A stretch of 47,155 nt of DNA from Octopus bimaculoides (Eukaryota). Of this stretch, positions 26,809 to 39,152 are shown piece by piece. Position numbers and translations under genes: made by a program. The notes below the pieces were generated by a model. That model saw only the letters and a list, made by a program, of their open reading frames with translations. It did no database searches and was not told the DNA's origin. Position 1 is the first letter of the stretch; every line of letters begins with the position of its first letter. The stretch spans positions 9,409,414-9,456,568 of the forward strand of contig NC_068994.1 of the NCBI RefSeq assembly GCF_001194135.2. Reading direction: 5' to 3'.

Positions 26809-28799
26809 GAAAGAAGTAAAGGTCTTGGAACAGTCTGGGTTACACCTCAACGACAGCAGACAATGCTGATCTTGCATATTATAGAGGAAAAGAATCCCCC
26901 TCTAAAATCGTTTCATCCTGCTGCTTTCTTTAATTCGAAAACTGAAATTTATCGTTGGTACCATCACCATAGAAAATTCGTACTGGAAACATCAGCTTCC
27001 CCGCTCTCTGAGTAAATAACAGAAATGAGACACAAATCATATACAAACTGATACTTTTCGACCACAATTGAAACCAATCAAAGTGAAACTGCTCCATCTC
27101 TCCCAGAGGGGTTTTCTTCATTTGAAAAACTATTGTTTCGGGGTGTTTTTTCAAGTACAGTCTCTCCAAGACGGTATCTTTTATCCCCATTAGTAAAGAG
27201 ATTATCTGTTTCTAAACAGCAAGTGTGATGAGTTAGCTATATTTTGAGGGGTTATTATAGCTGTGGAATCAATGGTAAATTTTTTGGCCGGCCATAACCA
27301 ATAACATAAGTTCGCAAAGAAATTCACACTTTCTTCTATACACTTATACGTATGCATATTTACATATGCAGCAAAAATTCTCATGTATAATGTAAAATAA
27401 AACGTAAAACATATTTCGTTCAATGAATAATGAACGTAAAATGGTGGTAAATGCTGATTCCAATTCAATTGTAAAATAGAAACGATTTTTACGTTACACA
27501 CGCAATGACACATTGGCTGACGCGCGTGTGCGTGCTCATGTACATACCTATGTATGTGTCTACGCGTACACAATTCATATACATGTATTTATATATAACA
27601 TGTTTATAGAGATTATGCATACGTGTTAGATAAATATATATATATTGTATACATATGTATAATTATTTTTTATAGAGGTGTTTGTGTATTGCATTTTATT
27701 CCAAACTAATTGCAAACTAACACACACATTAACACACATACTTTCACCGCACTACCCGACAATCTACAAACAGAAACACGGAAAAGGCAGATAAAATTAG
27801 TGCCGCTTAAAGCGTCACGCAAATACAGATGCACATATTCAAAAACATGAAAATTTCTTGGTAAATTTTATAGAATTTCCACAGACTTAATATCCGGTTG
27901 TATGGAGATTATACAACTAAAAATATAACATCTTGTCTGTCTTAGACATTTTATGGTATCAGAAAATCCATTTTCTTAATCTTTCGTTACGCATTCGCGC
28001 ACACACACATATATACATGCATATATGTATATATCTACATATTTATATATATACATATATGTAAGTATACATACATACATATACACACACACACAGATAT
28101 ATATATATATATATANNNNNNNNNNNNNNNNNNNNNNNNNNNNNNNNNNNNNNNNNNNNNNNNNNNNNNNNNNNNNNNNNNNNNNNNNNNNNNNNNNNNN
28201 NNNNNNNNNNNNNNNNNNNNNNNNNNNNNNNNNNNNNNNNNNNNNNNNNNNNNNNNNNNNNNNNNNNNNNNNNNNNNNNNNNNNNNNNNNNNNNNNNNNN
28301 NNNNNNNNNNNNNNNNNNNNNNNNNNNNNNNNNNNNNATATATATATATATATATATATATACATACATACATGCATGCATGCATGCATACGTACATACA
28401 TACACTTGTATATGTCTCTATGTTAGATATGTATGTCCCAATGTGTGTGTGTGTGTGAGCACGTATATGTGCGTTTTCTTCAATCTTCATATATTTTTGT
28501 GTCTTTTATTAAGACAATTTCATGTATTTCTTTTTTTAAACTTTATTTACGCCATTTCATTCCATTCAGTTTTCCATTTTCGTATCCAAATCATTCATTC
28601 ATTATTAGAAAAGAAGAGAATTTTTCTTTTTTTTCTTTCTTTATTTAAAATCTTTTTGTCTTTTTTCGTTAACATTATTGTTTTTTTTTAATCTCAATGA
28701 TCGTTTTGTTCTGTTCTGTCGCTCCCTTATTGCTTTTTAATCTTTTCCGTTTTATTAATTAACATGTACTTAGATAATACAAATCATTCAATTAATACT

Positions 28800-29003
28800 A
28801 TAACCACGAGAACCACCACCACTAATACCACTATTACTACTACTATTACTCTTCCTACTACTAATATTACTAATATTAATACTACTAGTAGTAATGGTGG
28901 TAGTGTTGGTGATGATTGTGGTAGTAGTAGTAGTTTTAGTGGTAGTGGCGGTGGTAGTAGAGGTGGTGGTGGCAGCAGCAGCAGCAGCAGTAGCAGTAGC
29001 AGC

Positions 29004-29072
<69 letters not shown>
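28800..29072. repeat. Degenerate (ACT/ACC)n tract switching to (AGT/GGT/AGC)n
   Basis: Read directly; the strand switch is at TACTACT|AGTAGTA (28886/28887). Confidence 0.9.
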
Positions 29073-29163
29073 CCAAATACAACTGTAATAACAATAATAC
29101 TTCTTCCCAAATCTTGGCACAATTCTGAAGAATTTTACAGGAAGAGTGTTCGTCTGTAACATA

Positions 29164-29313
29164 GACCGAAGTGCTTGTTGACTGCTACATTGCTTTAGTG
29201 ACCCCGAAAGGATGGAAGGGTGTAAGGCGAATTTGAAAGCACATCGTATAAAGTCGGAATGAATACCGTTAACCACCTTTCTGAAGGCCAAACGATTTTG
29301 CTATCTCAACGCT
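29164..29313 (-). mobile_element. Degenerate SINE family A fragment
   Basis: GACCCCGAAAGGATGGAAGG..GCGAATTTGAA..GAATACCG..AACGATTTTGC matches the reverse complement of the family A core and head. Confidence 0.55.
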
Positions 29314-29345
29314 TAATATCCATGAACAATAGTCCATTTTACTGA

Positions 29346-29417
29346 GGTGACAAGCTGGCAGAGTCGTTAGCACGCCGGATGAAATGCTTACCGGTATTTC
29401 GTTCTGAGTTCAAATTT
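29346..29417 (+). mobile_element. SINE family A 5' head fragment with an internal deletion
   Basis: GGTGACAAGCTGGCAGAGTCGTTAGCACGCCGGATGAAATGCTTACCGGTATTTCGTTCTGAGTTCAAATT aligns to the 8706 head, missing about 14 nt before the B-box. Confidence 0.8.
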
Positions 29418-30865
29418 TGGGGGGAGAGAGCTACTACTACTACTACTACATTTTATTCAGCGATATATAACAGCATCCAATACTCCAGGTTATACAGAAA
29501 TTCTTGCATGTCTCTGCTCGCCTGGTATTTTTTTTACTTAGCTATCACCTCAGTAGAGCATATCAGTATATTTGTTTCTTTGATTCAGATATTCCCTCTA
29601 ACGTGGTTGTATGGGGTAGAAATAAATAATATCCTTTAAGAAGTCTCTTAGATTAAAGAACATATTCATTATATAGATTACTTTAAATTCACTAGATTTA
29701 ACTGCACGCGTGGTATAAGATTCATTTAACAGAATATATGCTTTACATCGCATTGTTGCCTGCTGAGCTCGTCTCTATGCGCATTTGCTTTTCTTTATTC
29801 CATAATCGTATTTATGGTCCACACTACACCTGTTGCGAAACAGTTGTCTCTTCTTTTGCTTTTTCACTCTAGTTTTGTATAAATTCACGATGTTCATTCC
29901 CTCTCTATCTCTTTCAAGCACCCACATTTAAACATACATACGTACAAGAACAAACACATACATGCATACAAAAATACACACACACACACATATATATGTA
30001 TGCATATATATGTGTATGTATATGTATACATACATACATANNNNNNNNNNNNNNNNNNNNNNNNNNNNNNNNNNNNNNNNNNNNNNNNNNNNNNNNNNNN
30101 NNNNNNNNNNNNNNNNNNNNNNNNNNNNNNNNNNNNNNNNNNNNNNNNNNNNNNNNNNNNNNNNNNNNNNNNNNNNNNNNNNNNNNNNNNNNNNNNNNNN
30201 NNNNNNNNNNNNNNNNNNNNNNNNNNNNNNNNNNNNNNNNNNNNNNNNNNNNNNNNNNNNNNTATATATACGTATGCATGTATGTATACGTAGGTGTATC
30301 GGATTCGAGATACCGTGTGATTACTATTGCTTTTCATTGGTGTAAGACACACACACCTTAATGGTATTATATTTCTTTTCATCTTCTAATACTTCACAGA
30401 TTTGGTTTTTATCTCTACCAAATTAGATTTTTATATTTTGTAATGAAATAAAGCATATTCTAAAATTTATATTCCAAAGATAAAAATAAAGTTCATTTGC
30501 AAATAAGAGTTATTATTATTATTTTTTTCTCTGAAGTCGGTTTTAAAATATTTCCACTTCCATTTGCGGATGTATACCTAGCATTCACTGAACGTTTTAT
30601 CGACAGAAGCTCTCTTTGCGATTGTTTTCGATATCTGCACAAGAGCAGCAAATTTGGGATGAGGATGGGAGCTAAAACCATCCAGCAATTTCAATTTCTG
30701 AACGCAATGTGTTTCATGATATCTTCGAGTTATATTGAATTGAACAGGTGAACGTTATGTTGACCAGAGCGACATTGGAAAGCAGAACATAATTCAACCA
30801 CTTCAACATCAACGCCACAACACCGTCACTACTAATAATGATAACGGCAGTGACAACAGCAGCAG

Positions 30866-30868
<3 letters not shown>

Positions 30869-30930
<62 letters not shown>
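30869..30930. repeat. (TAA)n microsatellite upstream of an RLE-LINE fragment
   Basis: Read directly from the sequence. Confidence 0.97.
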
Positions 30931-31012
30931 GAAATCAAGGTACTATAGGTGGTAACTAATGACTAGCAATGCCCTAATAGCAAGATTAAAGAAATTGTAA
31001 CTGTATTAATGG

Positions 31013-31687
31013 GTACATTGGATAATGTGTCAGAATTATAAAATCAAAACTGCTGACAAATGGTACAAGCACCACTCTGAGGCTGTAACTGATAGAGAAA
31101 ATGTAACTATTCTTTGGGACTTCCTGGTATATACAGACCGAACCATCATTGAAAATAAACCATATATTGTTGTGAAAAACAAAAGCAATAAAGTATGTTT
31201 ATTGATTGACATCAGCATACCAATGTGACTGTAATATATTGGCAAAAGAATTTGATAAGCTCTGACTTATTAAGCGAAATCGCAAAGATGTGGCATCTCA
31301 AGACTGTTACATTACCAGTGATTGTAGGAGGACTTGGAATGATCAAAAAATGAATTGAAAATTATTTAAGAATCATCCCTGGCTTACCATCCATACAGTA
31401 AGTGCAAAAGATCGTTTTAACTAGAACGTCACCAATACTGAGAAGGGCAGTCTCGTTGTGAATTTTTTTTTTCCATTTTCACCATTTATTTGTTTACTTT
31501 TCTATTTTTTCTATTTTCCTTTTTCTCTCCGTCATCTCCTTTTCCCCTATCACATGACTCTATAAATGAACAATCTGGCGTGTTTGTTTTAATGGCCTAC
31601 CGATGTATACAGTACGTATCTCTGCCCTAGTTGTCAGGAAGACACTCGGCAAGAAATGTAATCAGAATTCAAAAAGATACTAATGAA
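31013..31687 (+). mobile_element. 5'-truncated R4/Dong-like non-LTR retrotransposon: decayed restriction-like endonuclease (RLE) domain plus 3' UTR
   Basis: Translation: VHWIMCQNYKIKTADKWYKHHSEAVTDRENVTILWDFLVYTDRTIIENKPYIVVKNKSNKVCLLIDISIP/CDCNILAKEFDKL/DLLSEIAKMWHLKTVTLPVIVGGLGMIKK*IENYLRIIPGLPSIQ*VQKIVLTRTSPILRRAVSL*. This is the characteristic ILWDF..TD...N(R/K)PDIV...LIDI.IP PD-(D/E)xK region. The stop is at 31459-31461 and the 3' UTR ends in (TAA)n at 31688-31755. Confidence 0.85.
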
Positions 31688-31755
<68 letters not shown>

Positions 31756-31880
31756 GTTATATAGACGATAATATATATATAAATGATAATAATAAGTTAT
31801 ATAGACGAAAACACACCAACACTGAAACAAATACATATACACACAGCCACACACACATACACACATATATATAAATTTAT

Positions 31881-32030
31881 ACGACGGGCTTCTTTCAGTT
31901 TCCGTCTACCAAATCCACTCACAAGGCTCTAGTCAGCCCGAGGCTATAGTAGAAGACACTTGCCAACGGTGCTACGCAGTGAGACTGAACTCGGAACCAT
32001 GTAGTTGGGAAGCAAACTTTTAAACACACG
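31881..32030 (-). mobile_element. SINE family B (5' part)
   Basis: ACGACGGGCTTCTTTCAGTTTCCGTCTACCAAATCCACTCACAAGGC..GAGGCTATAGTAGAAGACACTTGCC aligns to 12228-12380. Confidence 0.9.
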
Positions 32031-32229
32031 AAGTGTCTAATTATTTTTTATAAATTTTCGCACAAACACCATTTCATAGCTGCTCGATAAATTAAAGAGA
32101 AAATTCATTGCGTGTGCACGAGAGATGACTGTTTGCAATTGCACGACTTTGGGCTAAATTAATATTTGGAGCGATTTGGCGGGGGCACGCTAAAAGAATT
32201 GCTAAATATTGCCATTTTAATATCATACT

Positions 32230-32322
32230 ACAACTACTCCCGCTGCTACTACTTCTAGTACTACTACTACTACTTACTGCTGCTGCTCCTACTGCAACTG
32301 CTACTGCACCTACTACTGCTGA

Positions 32323-32409
<87 letters not shown>

Positions 32410-32424
32410 TAATAATAATAACAC

Positions 32425-32506
<82 letters not shown>
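32230..32506. repeat. Compound (CTA/CTG)n-(TAA)n microsatellite
   Basis: Read directly from the sequence. Confidence 0.95.
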
Positions 32507-32508
<2 letters not shown>

Positions 32509-32635
32509 AGTATTGCTTGCAACTGCAAGAATACTTCGCATGATACTTGAAGTATGACCAGTAAATAAGTCTGTTGGCTGTGGACAGCTGACACTTTCCA
32601 TCATACGAAGCAAAATATTCTGTGTTTCCATCACA
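32507..32635 (+). mobile_element. Extreme 3' end of a second R4/Dong-like RLE retrotransposon
   Basis: ACA GTA TTG CTT GCA ACT GCA AGA ATA CTT CGC ATG ATA CTT GAA GTA TGA = TVLLATARILRMILEV*, matching the RLE-LINE terminal motif QK..LLGTARILR.VL. About 80 nt of UTR follow. It is directly preceded by (TAA)n and followed by TAATAACAAT. Confidence 0.65.
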
Positions 32636-32657
32636 TAATAACAATATTAATATGCTA

Positions 32658-32701
<44 letters not shown>

Positions 32702-32984
32702 AAAGCGTTTTAAAATAGTTATGAGTGGAATGAGAATTCAAAGATAAATTTAATTGCTTTTTCTGGGGTTCAGTTCAATCTACGCACTAAATTACAGCCA
32801 ATGAGATTCTTTATTCATATTGAAGATGTGGTATTAAATTGATTTTCACCATAGTGGCCTATGACGATTTCAAGGGATGCCACATGTGAATTAACACTAT
32901 TGATGCTAGTAAAGTGGAGATATGGGAATTTTGATACCGAAGTATCATTCATGCATGACAGTAAATAGAATGACGGTAAATAGA

Positions 32985-33243
32985 CTGATGATGATGACGA
33001 TTACGATGATGATGATGACGATGATGATGATGTTTATGATGATGATGTTGTTAAGGGTTATGATGATGATGATGAGGATGATGACGATGATGATGCCGAC
33101 GATGATGGTGGTGGCGGTGATGGTAGTTTTACTGCTGCTGCTGATGTTGATGATGAGGATGATGATGATGACGACGACCATTACGAAGATGAGGATGTTG
33201 ATGATAATAATGAGGATAGGGAGGAGAACGATGGTAGTGGTGT

Positions 33244-33284
<41 letters not shown>

Positions 33285-33353
33285 GTTATAATGATGGTGA
33301 TGATGATGATGATGATGATGATGACGATGACCACGATCATGATGTTCACGATC

Positions 33354-33390
<37 letters not shown>

Positions 33391-33392
33391 CT
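32985..33392. repeat. Long degenerate (GAT)n tract
   Basis: Read directly; it explains the poly-M, poly-I and poly-H ORFs. Confidence 0.95.
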
Positions 33393-33495
33393 GTAATAAA
33401 ATGAATAACAATAATGGTAGTAATTGAATAAACAGAGACACAATCTTGATTCAATGCAAATCGCTTCTCTTCTTATTGTGTATTAACAAAAGCTC

Positions 33496-33708
33496 TTTCT
33501 TATTTTTGGCACAATGCTAGCAATTGGAAGGGAGAGACAAGTGGATTTACATCGACCCAAGTGATCACCTGGTAATTATTTTATAGAGCTCGATTAGCTG
33601 GAATTCAAGGTCGACACCAGCGGAAACTGAGGCCAGGGAGGAGAGCCGAAAGAAATGTCGCGAAGCATTTTGGAAAGTGTGCCCAACGTTTAGGGCAGCT
33701 CGCTGCTT
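33496..33708 (-). mobile_element. Degenerate SINE family A (tail type 2)
   Basis: TTTGGCACAATGC..TTACATCGACCCAAGTG..CTGGTAATTATTTTAT..AAGGTCGACACCAGCGGAA..GAAGCATTTT..GCAGCTCGC. Confidence 0.65.
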
Positions 33709-33752
33709 TAACAAGATAATAATAATAATAATAATAATTCTTCGATAATGAT

Positions 33753-33878
33753 TCTTTCTTTTATAGGCATAAGGCCTGAAATTTGGAAAGAGAGTATAGT
33801 CGACAAAATCGAGCCTTAGTATTTCACAGGAACTTATTTTATCGACCGCTAATTTGTGGAAGATTGGACGCTGAACGT
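33753..33878 (-). mobile_element. Degenerate, internally deleted SINE family A (tail type 2)
   Basis: TTTATAGGCATAAGGCCTGAAATTTGG..GTCGAC..ACTTATTTTATCGACC..CTGAACGT. Confidence 0.55.
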
Positions 33879-34083
33879 GGGACGAGCAAAATTATTTTGG
33901 TCAGCGTGTTAACTGAAACAATTAAAAGAGATATGAAACTGCATGCATGAGAATACATACATAAAATATAGCATACAAATCTGCATATATATATGTCTCC
34001 AATTGTAAGTAGTTTTTCGTAACTTCATATTTTCTGACGCTACTCTATCTCTTTCTCTTTCTCTTCCTGTATCAGTCCCACCC

Positions 34084-34190
34084 CCTCGTTCTTCCTCTTT
34101 ACTACTACGTATCTCGCTTTACCCGTCTCGTTCTTCCTCTGTTACTACTACGTATCTCTTTTTCCCCCTCGTACTTCCTCTCTTTCTCTT
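34084..34190. repeat. Short tandem repeat, unit about 42 bp, about 2.5 copies
   Basis: CTCGTTCTTCCTCT(G)TTACTACTACGTATCTC occurs twice, followed by a third CTCGTACTTCCTCT. Confidence 0.8.
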
Positions 34191-34785
34191 TTCCTCTCGT
34201 TGCTCACCTTTTCTTCTACTTCCTCCCTTTGTTTCTCCCTCTGCCACTCTCTCTCTTCCCCATACACCGGCGTGGTCACATGCTTCCGGTCAATAATCCT
34301 TTTCTTCCTTGGCTGTCGCCGAGCTAACACGCGAACCACTTTGTCCCTACTTTCAAGTTCGTGTCTCACAGCGTCCATACANNNNNNNNNNNNNNNNNNN
34401 NNNNNNNNNNNNNNNNNNNNNNNNNNNNNNNNNNNNNNNNNNNNNNNNNNNNNNNNNNNNNNNNNNNNNNNNNNNNNNNNNNNNNNNNNNNNNNNNNNNN
34501 NNNNNNNNNNNNNNNNNNNNNNNNNNNNNNNNNNNNNNNNNNNNNNNNNNNNNNNNNNNNNNNNNNNNNNNNNNNNNNNNNNNNNNNNNNNNNNNNNNNN
34601 NNNNNNNNNNNNNNNNNNNNNNNNNNNNNNNNNNNNNNNNNNNNNNNNNNNNNNNNNNNNNNNNNNNNNNNNNNNNNNNNNNNNNNNNNNNNNNNNNNNN
34701 NNNNNNNNNNNNNNNNNNNNNNNNNNNNNNNNNNNNNNNNNNNNNNNNNNNNNNNNNNNNNNNNNNNNNNNNNNNNNNNNNNNNN

Positions 34786-34838
<53 letters not shown>

Positions 34839-35878
34839 TGCCCTGTTGATATTGTTGAAATTGTAATAAAGGAGACTTGGATCTTGGTTAGAACCGGCTC
34901 TTTTGGTATGGGCTCAAAATCTTGAAATAAAACTAATTACATACATACATGTATGTATGTATGTATGTATGTATGTTGTTTCTGCTAAATATTAATTAAA
35001 AGGGTGTCGCGAAATATTATGGATATCACCACATAACAATATACCAAAATATTTTCCAACAACAAGCTCTCTATTCTTTGCTTTCTGTCACTGAGTGGTT
35101 ACATGATCGAAAAGATTTGTTGATACAGACAGAGAAGCCCAGGCTTCACGTCTACTGGAAAATTGAAGATATGAATGAGAGACTGAAAGGTCGGTCGTTT
35201 TTCTAACACCGATCTTCCATTACGTTATAATTGAAATATTTCAAAATCTCGAAGAAAACGTTCCATTAACTCACTGTAGAAATAACAATATCTTAGAAAT
35301 TTGAACCTTTCGTTTCGGGGTGTGACCTTTATTAGTAGCGATCGCGTAGTCGCCTTCAATAATTTGTTCCTATTTTAAAAATGCATGAATTTTGTAATCT
35401 TAGAAATTGAATAAACGTTTATTAAAATTTGCAGAATTTTTTATTCATTAAACGAAGTATGTTTTTTTTTTAAATATCTGAAACAATTGTTTATATATAT
35501 ATATATGTTTATGTTTACATTTTACTTGAAATTCTTTATCAAAATAATTGTATTCTGGTGTTCGAAAGTATGTACTTGATTCTTCATGATGGTGTATGCC
35601 AGTGAGCTACAGTTTACGGCCAACCATTTACGAGCGAGCGAAGGAGCTTCTATGTGGTTGATTCATTTGCTAGGTACATAATTAAATTTCTCTCTAATCG
35701 CACCTAGTAAATAGAAGCACAAGGAATATTCTTCAGATGGAATTTTCGAGTTATAGTAGAAGAAGAGCACGATCTGACAAGGAATAATTTTAATCAGGGT
35801 CTCACTAATTATGTCAAGGTTTGATTTGGGCTAAACGAAAACGACGGTTAGATGAAGAACAACTAATAGTTACAATAT

Positions 35879-36056
35879 TGTTATGTGGACGCCCCAAGGC
35901 GATAAGTAGACTAGTCCAATACGTATAAATAGCTCGACGAAAATCGTCGACCAGAGCGCGAGACGGAGCCGTCGGTAGACTAGACGTCGAATACGGTAGA
36001 GTCGAGTCCTCGGAAGTGAGAGTTGAGTAGAGGTCATATGCACATGCGATATAACA
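35879..36056 (+). mobile_element. Solo LTR (178 bp) with a 5-bp target-site duplication
   Basis: It starts TGTTAT and ends ATAACA (6-bp terminal inverted repeat with TG...CA ends). It is flanked by AATAT at 35874-35878 and 36057-36061, has TATAAATAG at 35924-35932, and is CpG-rich relative to its flanks. Strand is inferred only from the TATA motif. Confidence 0.7.
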
Positions 36057-36339
36057 AATATTCATGCTTAAGTGTCAAGCATAATATTCACAGTGACGAA
36101 GAAGAAGCACAAGTTGTCTTAATTTTCATATGGTGGCTTTTGGTTACCCCAATAATTCTTCCTTTTTCTTCCAGCGTACCGTGGAAAATTTGTGCTAATG
36201 CACTATGCGCCGTTATTAGATATTTGGTTGAATGATTCTAAATTTTGACTCAGGTTTTAGCATTAGTGTTAGAGGATTTTAGAATGTTGACGCTTCAATT
36301 CAAACACTGTCTACGTGCCTCTTCAATATTGTGTACTTT

Positions 36340-36525
36340 CATGCCGGGCGAAATGCTTAACGGTATTTCGTTTGTCTTTACGTTCTGAGTTCAAATTCCG
36401 CTGAGGTCAACTTTGCCTTTCATCATTCGAGGTCGGTAAATTAAGTACCAGAAGCGTAGTGCGGTAAATCTCATCGACTGGCGTCCTCCCCCAAAATTTC
36501 GGGCCTTGTGCCTCAAGTAGAAAAC
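36340..36525 (+). mobile_element. 5'-truncated SINE family A (tail type 2) with TSD
   Basis: The B-box TGAGTTCAAATTCC and core are present, with tail CCCCCAAAATTTCGGGCCTTGTGCCTCAAGTAGAAAA. CAATATTGTGT is duplicated at 36324-36334 and 36525-36535. Confidence 0.85.
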
Positions 36526-39008
36526 AATATTGTGTTTTCTTTTCTGGCAACTTCGTCCGAATGAGAAACGACTTCTTTTCAATATAGTGTTTCTGATTTC
36601 AAACAGACAGACATTTGTGAAGTTTTCATTTGGTTGATGTGTTATTCTTTGCATTAAATTTAATGTGTTTCATGTTGATTTGATATGCACAACAGTAATT
36701 TCCATATGGAAAATCAGTCTGTAATTTGTGTGCCCATTAGTGGTACGAAAGTAGTATTAAGATAATCGTAATGAGGATAGCATCTATCATCAAAAACTTT
36801 CGAAACTATTTGTTTCTGTTGTGTTTATTAATTTCGCATCGCTGTTAATGGATCTTTTTTTTCGTAACATAACGTTAGTGATGTCTGTGGTCATGCAAAT
36901 CAGTGCCTTCAATTCTTTGATGTTTTAATTGTTTAGGTATCATTATTACCATAATGCGTCTTTCTTCTTCCTTCAATTTTGTTTCCATATATACACGCAA
37001 AAACACGAGAAGAGGACAAAATGAGAAATATACAGAATAAAGAATTATCTATGGAGTGCAGTTTCGAACATTAACGTTTTACTTACGTAAGAACATCCGT
37101 GTTCTCATCAGTATAGACGCTCTAGAATCAATATAATTTGCAGAACGATACACGAATTGTCTTCATGAAATAATACCTGCATCTAGTTCTACCGATTACA
37201 TTGGAGCTATTTTTCAAAATGCCAAAGCTCCGGCGCGCAGATAGTAGGCTTTCTAAAAAAAAATAGTTGCGTGAATAGTGACATCTCTATCATTGTTACC
37301 TATAGTCGTACTCGAATACATAACACGTTCTAGAAGGCAAGACAGTAACAATATTGAGTTGGAACAGTGAAATCTGTAACTTCTGAATTCAGGAAATTGG
37401 AAGTGGCTAATATTTATACTTTAACTTAATTGATTATCCCGTTCCATCGTTTCATATTATTTTTCTTCGCATATGAAGTTTACTGTTAATATTATTTAAA
37501 TGTTTTTTATGATTAATCCGGCCACGCGTTTATATGAGAGATTAATTTGCAGTTGTAGTTAGAGGCAAAATTCTCTTATGATATTTGCGTACGATAAACG
37601 ATTCACGGTTAAATAAATATTCAAATAATTTATCCAGTTTAAGAGTGTGTTATAAATATCTAAGATTTTTTATTTATATCTTCGACTAATAACTTTGAGG
37701 AGTTGTTTGTTCTATATGTTTAATCTACTTCATCAAGATATTTGGTTTTTATCTGAGAAAACAATTTCTCGTTATTTCTAAATGAAATGGATATCATATT
37801 ATAGTCTGAAGTGGGATATATTGCTGTACTTACAGAATACCAATTTATTGACGCTAGATAGTATCCAATATGTTAGACTAAAATAGCTCAATGTTCTTAA
37901 TTTGTATTAAGAAACGGTTTCGTGATAGTACGTGAAGTGATAGAGGGGTCATTAATCCCAGAGTTAAGGGGAAATTCTATTCCTTTGATAATGAATTTTC
38001 TTATCTGATGAGGTTTCAAAGTAATATTTCTCCGGTGTAATCCGGATATTGTAGATAAAGTTCTTAGAGACAGATACATATATATCTTTAGAATGATGCT
38101 GGTTTGGAAGAGGGGTCTACAGTATACCATTATATGTATGTGCATATGCACGTACGTCTATATATAATTATATATATATATACATGTATGTANNNNNNNN
38201 NNNNNNNNNNNNNNNNNNNNNNNNNNNNNNNNNNNNNNNNNNNNNNNNNNNNNNNNNNNNNNNNNNNNNNNNNNNNNNNNNNNNNNNNNNNNNNNNNNNN
38301 NNNNNNNNNNNNNNNNNNNNNNNNNNNNNNNNNNNNNNNNNNNNNNNNNNNNNNNNNNNNNNNNNNNNNNNNNNNNNNNNNNNNNNNNNNNNNNNNNNNN
38401 NNNNNNNNNNNNNNNNNNNNNNNNNNNNNNNNNNNNNNNNNNNNNNNNNNNNNNNNNNNNNNNNNNNNNNNNNNNNNNNNNNNNNNNNNNNNNNNNNNNN
38501 NNNNNNNNNNNNNNNNNNNNNNNNNNNNNNNNNNNNNNNNNNNNNNNNNNNNNNNNNNNNNNNNNNNNNNNNNNNNNNNNNNNNNNNNNNNNNNNNNNNN
38601 NNNNNNNNNNNNNNNNNNNNNNNNNNNNNNNNNNNNNNNNNNNNNNNNNNNNNNNNNNNNNNNNNNNNNNNNNNNNNNNNNNNNNNNNNNNNNNNNNNNN
38701 NNNNNNNNNNNNNNNNNNNNNNNNNNNNNNNNNNNNNNNNNNNNNNNNNNNNNNNNNNNNNNNNNNNNNNNNNNNNNNNNNNNNNNNNNNNNNNNNNNNN
38801 NNNNNNNNNNNNNNNNNNNNNNNNNNNNNNNNNNNNNNNNNNNNNNNNNNNNNNNNNNNNNNNNNNNNNNNNNNNNNNNNNNNNNNNNNNNNNNNNNNNN
38901 NNNNNNNNNNNNNNNACACACACAGACACACACAAATTTATATATATATAAATGTTCATGCTGTTGTTCTTATTATCATCGTTATTATTATTGCTGGCAG
39001 AAAGAAAA

Positions 39009-39152
39009 GGCGGAGAGCTGGTAGAATTGTTACAGCGCCGTACAAAATGCTTATCAGTGTTTCGTTCGTATTGCGTCCTGTGTTCAAATTCAACCAAGGT
39101 TGAATTTACCTTTCATTCCTTCGGGAAAGGGGATCGATAAATTAAGTACCAG
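39009..39152 (+). mobile_element. SINE family A, 3'-truncated
   Basis: GGCGGAGAGCTGGTAGAATTGTTA..AAATGCTTA..GTTCAAATT..CCTTTCATTCCTTCGGG..GATAAATTAAGTACCAG. Confidence 0.8.

Noticed and set aside
28764-29291. Thr/Ser/Gly-rich mucin-like ORFs
   Set aside because: Entirely produced by the (ACT)/(AGT) microsatellite.
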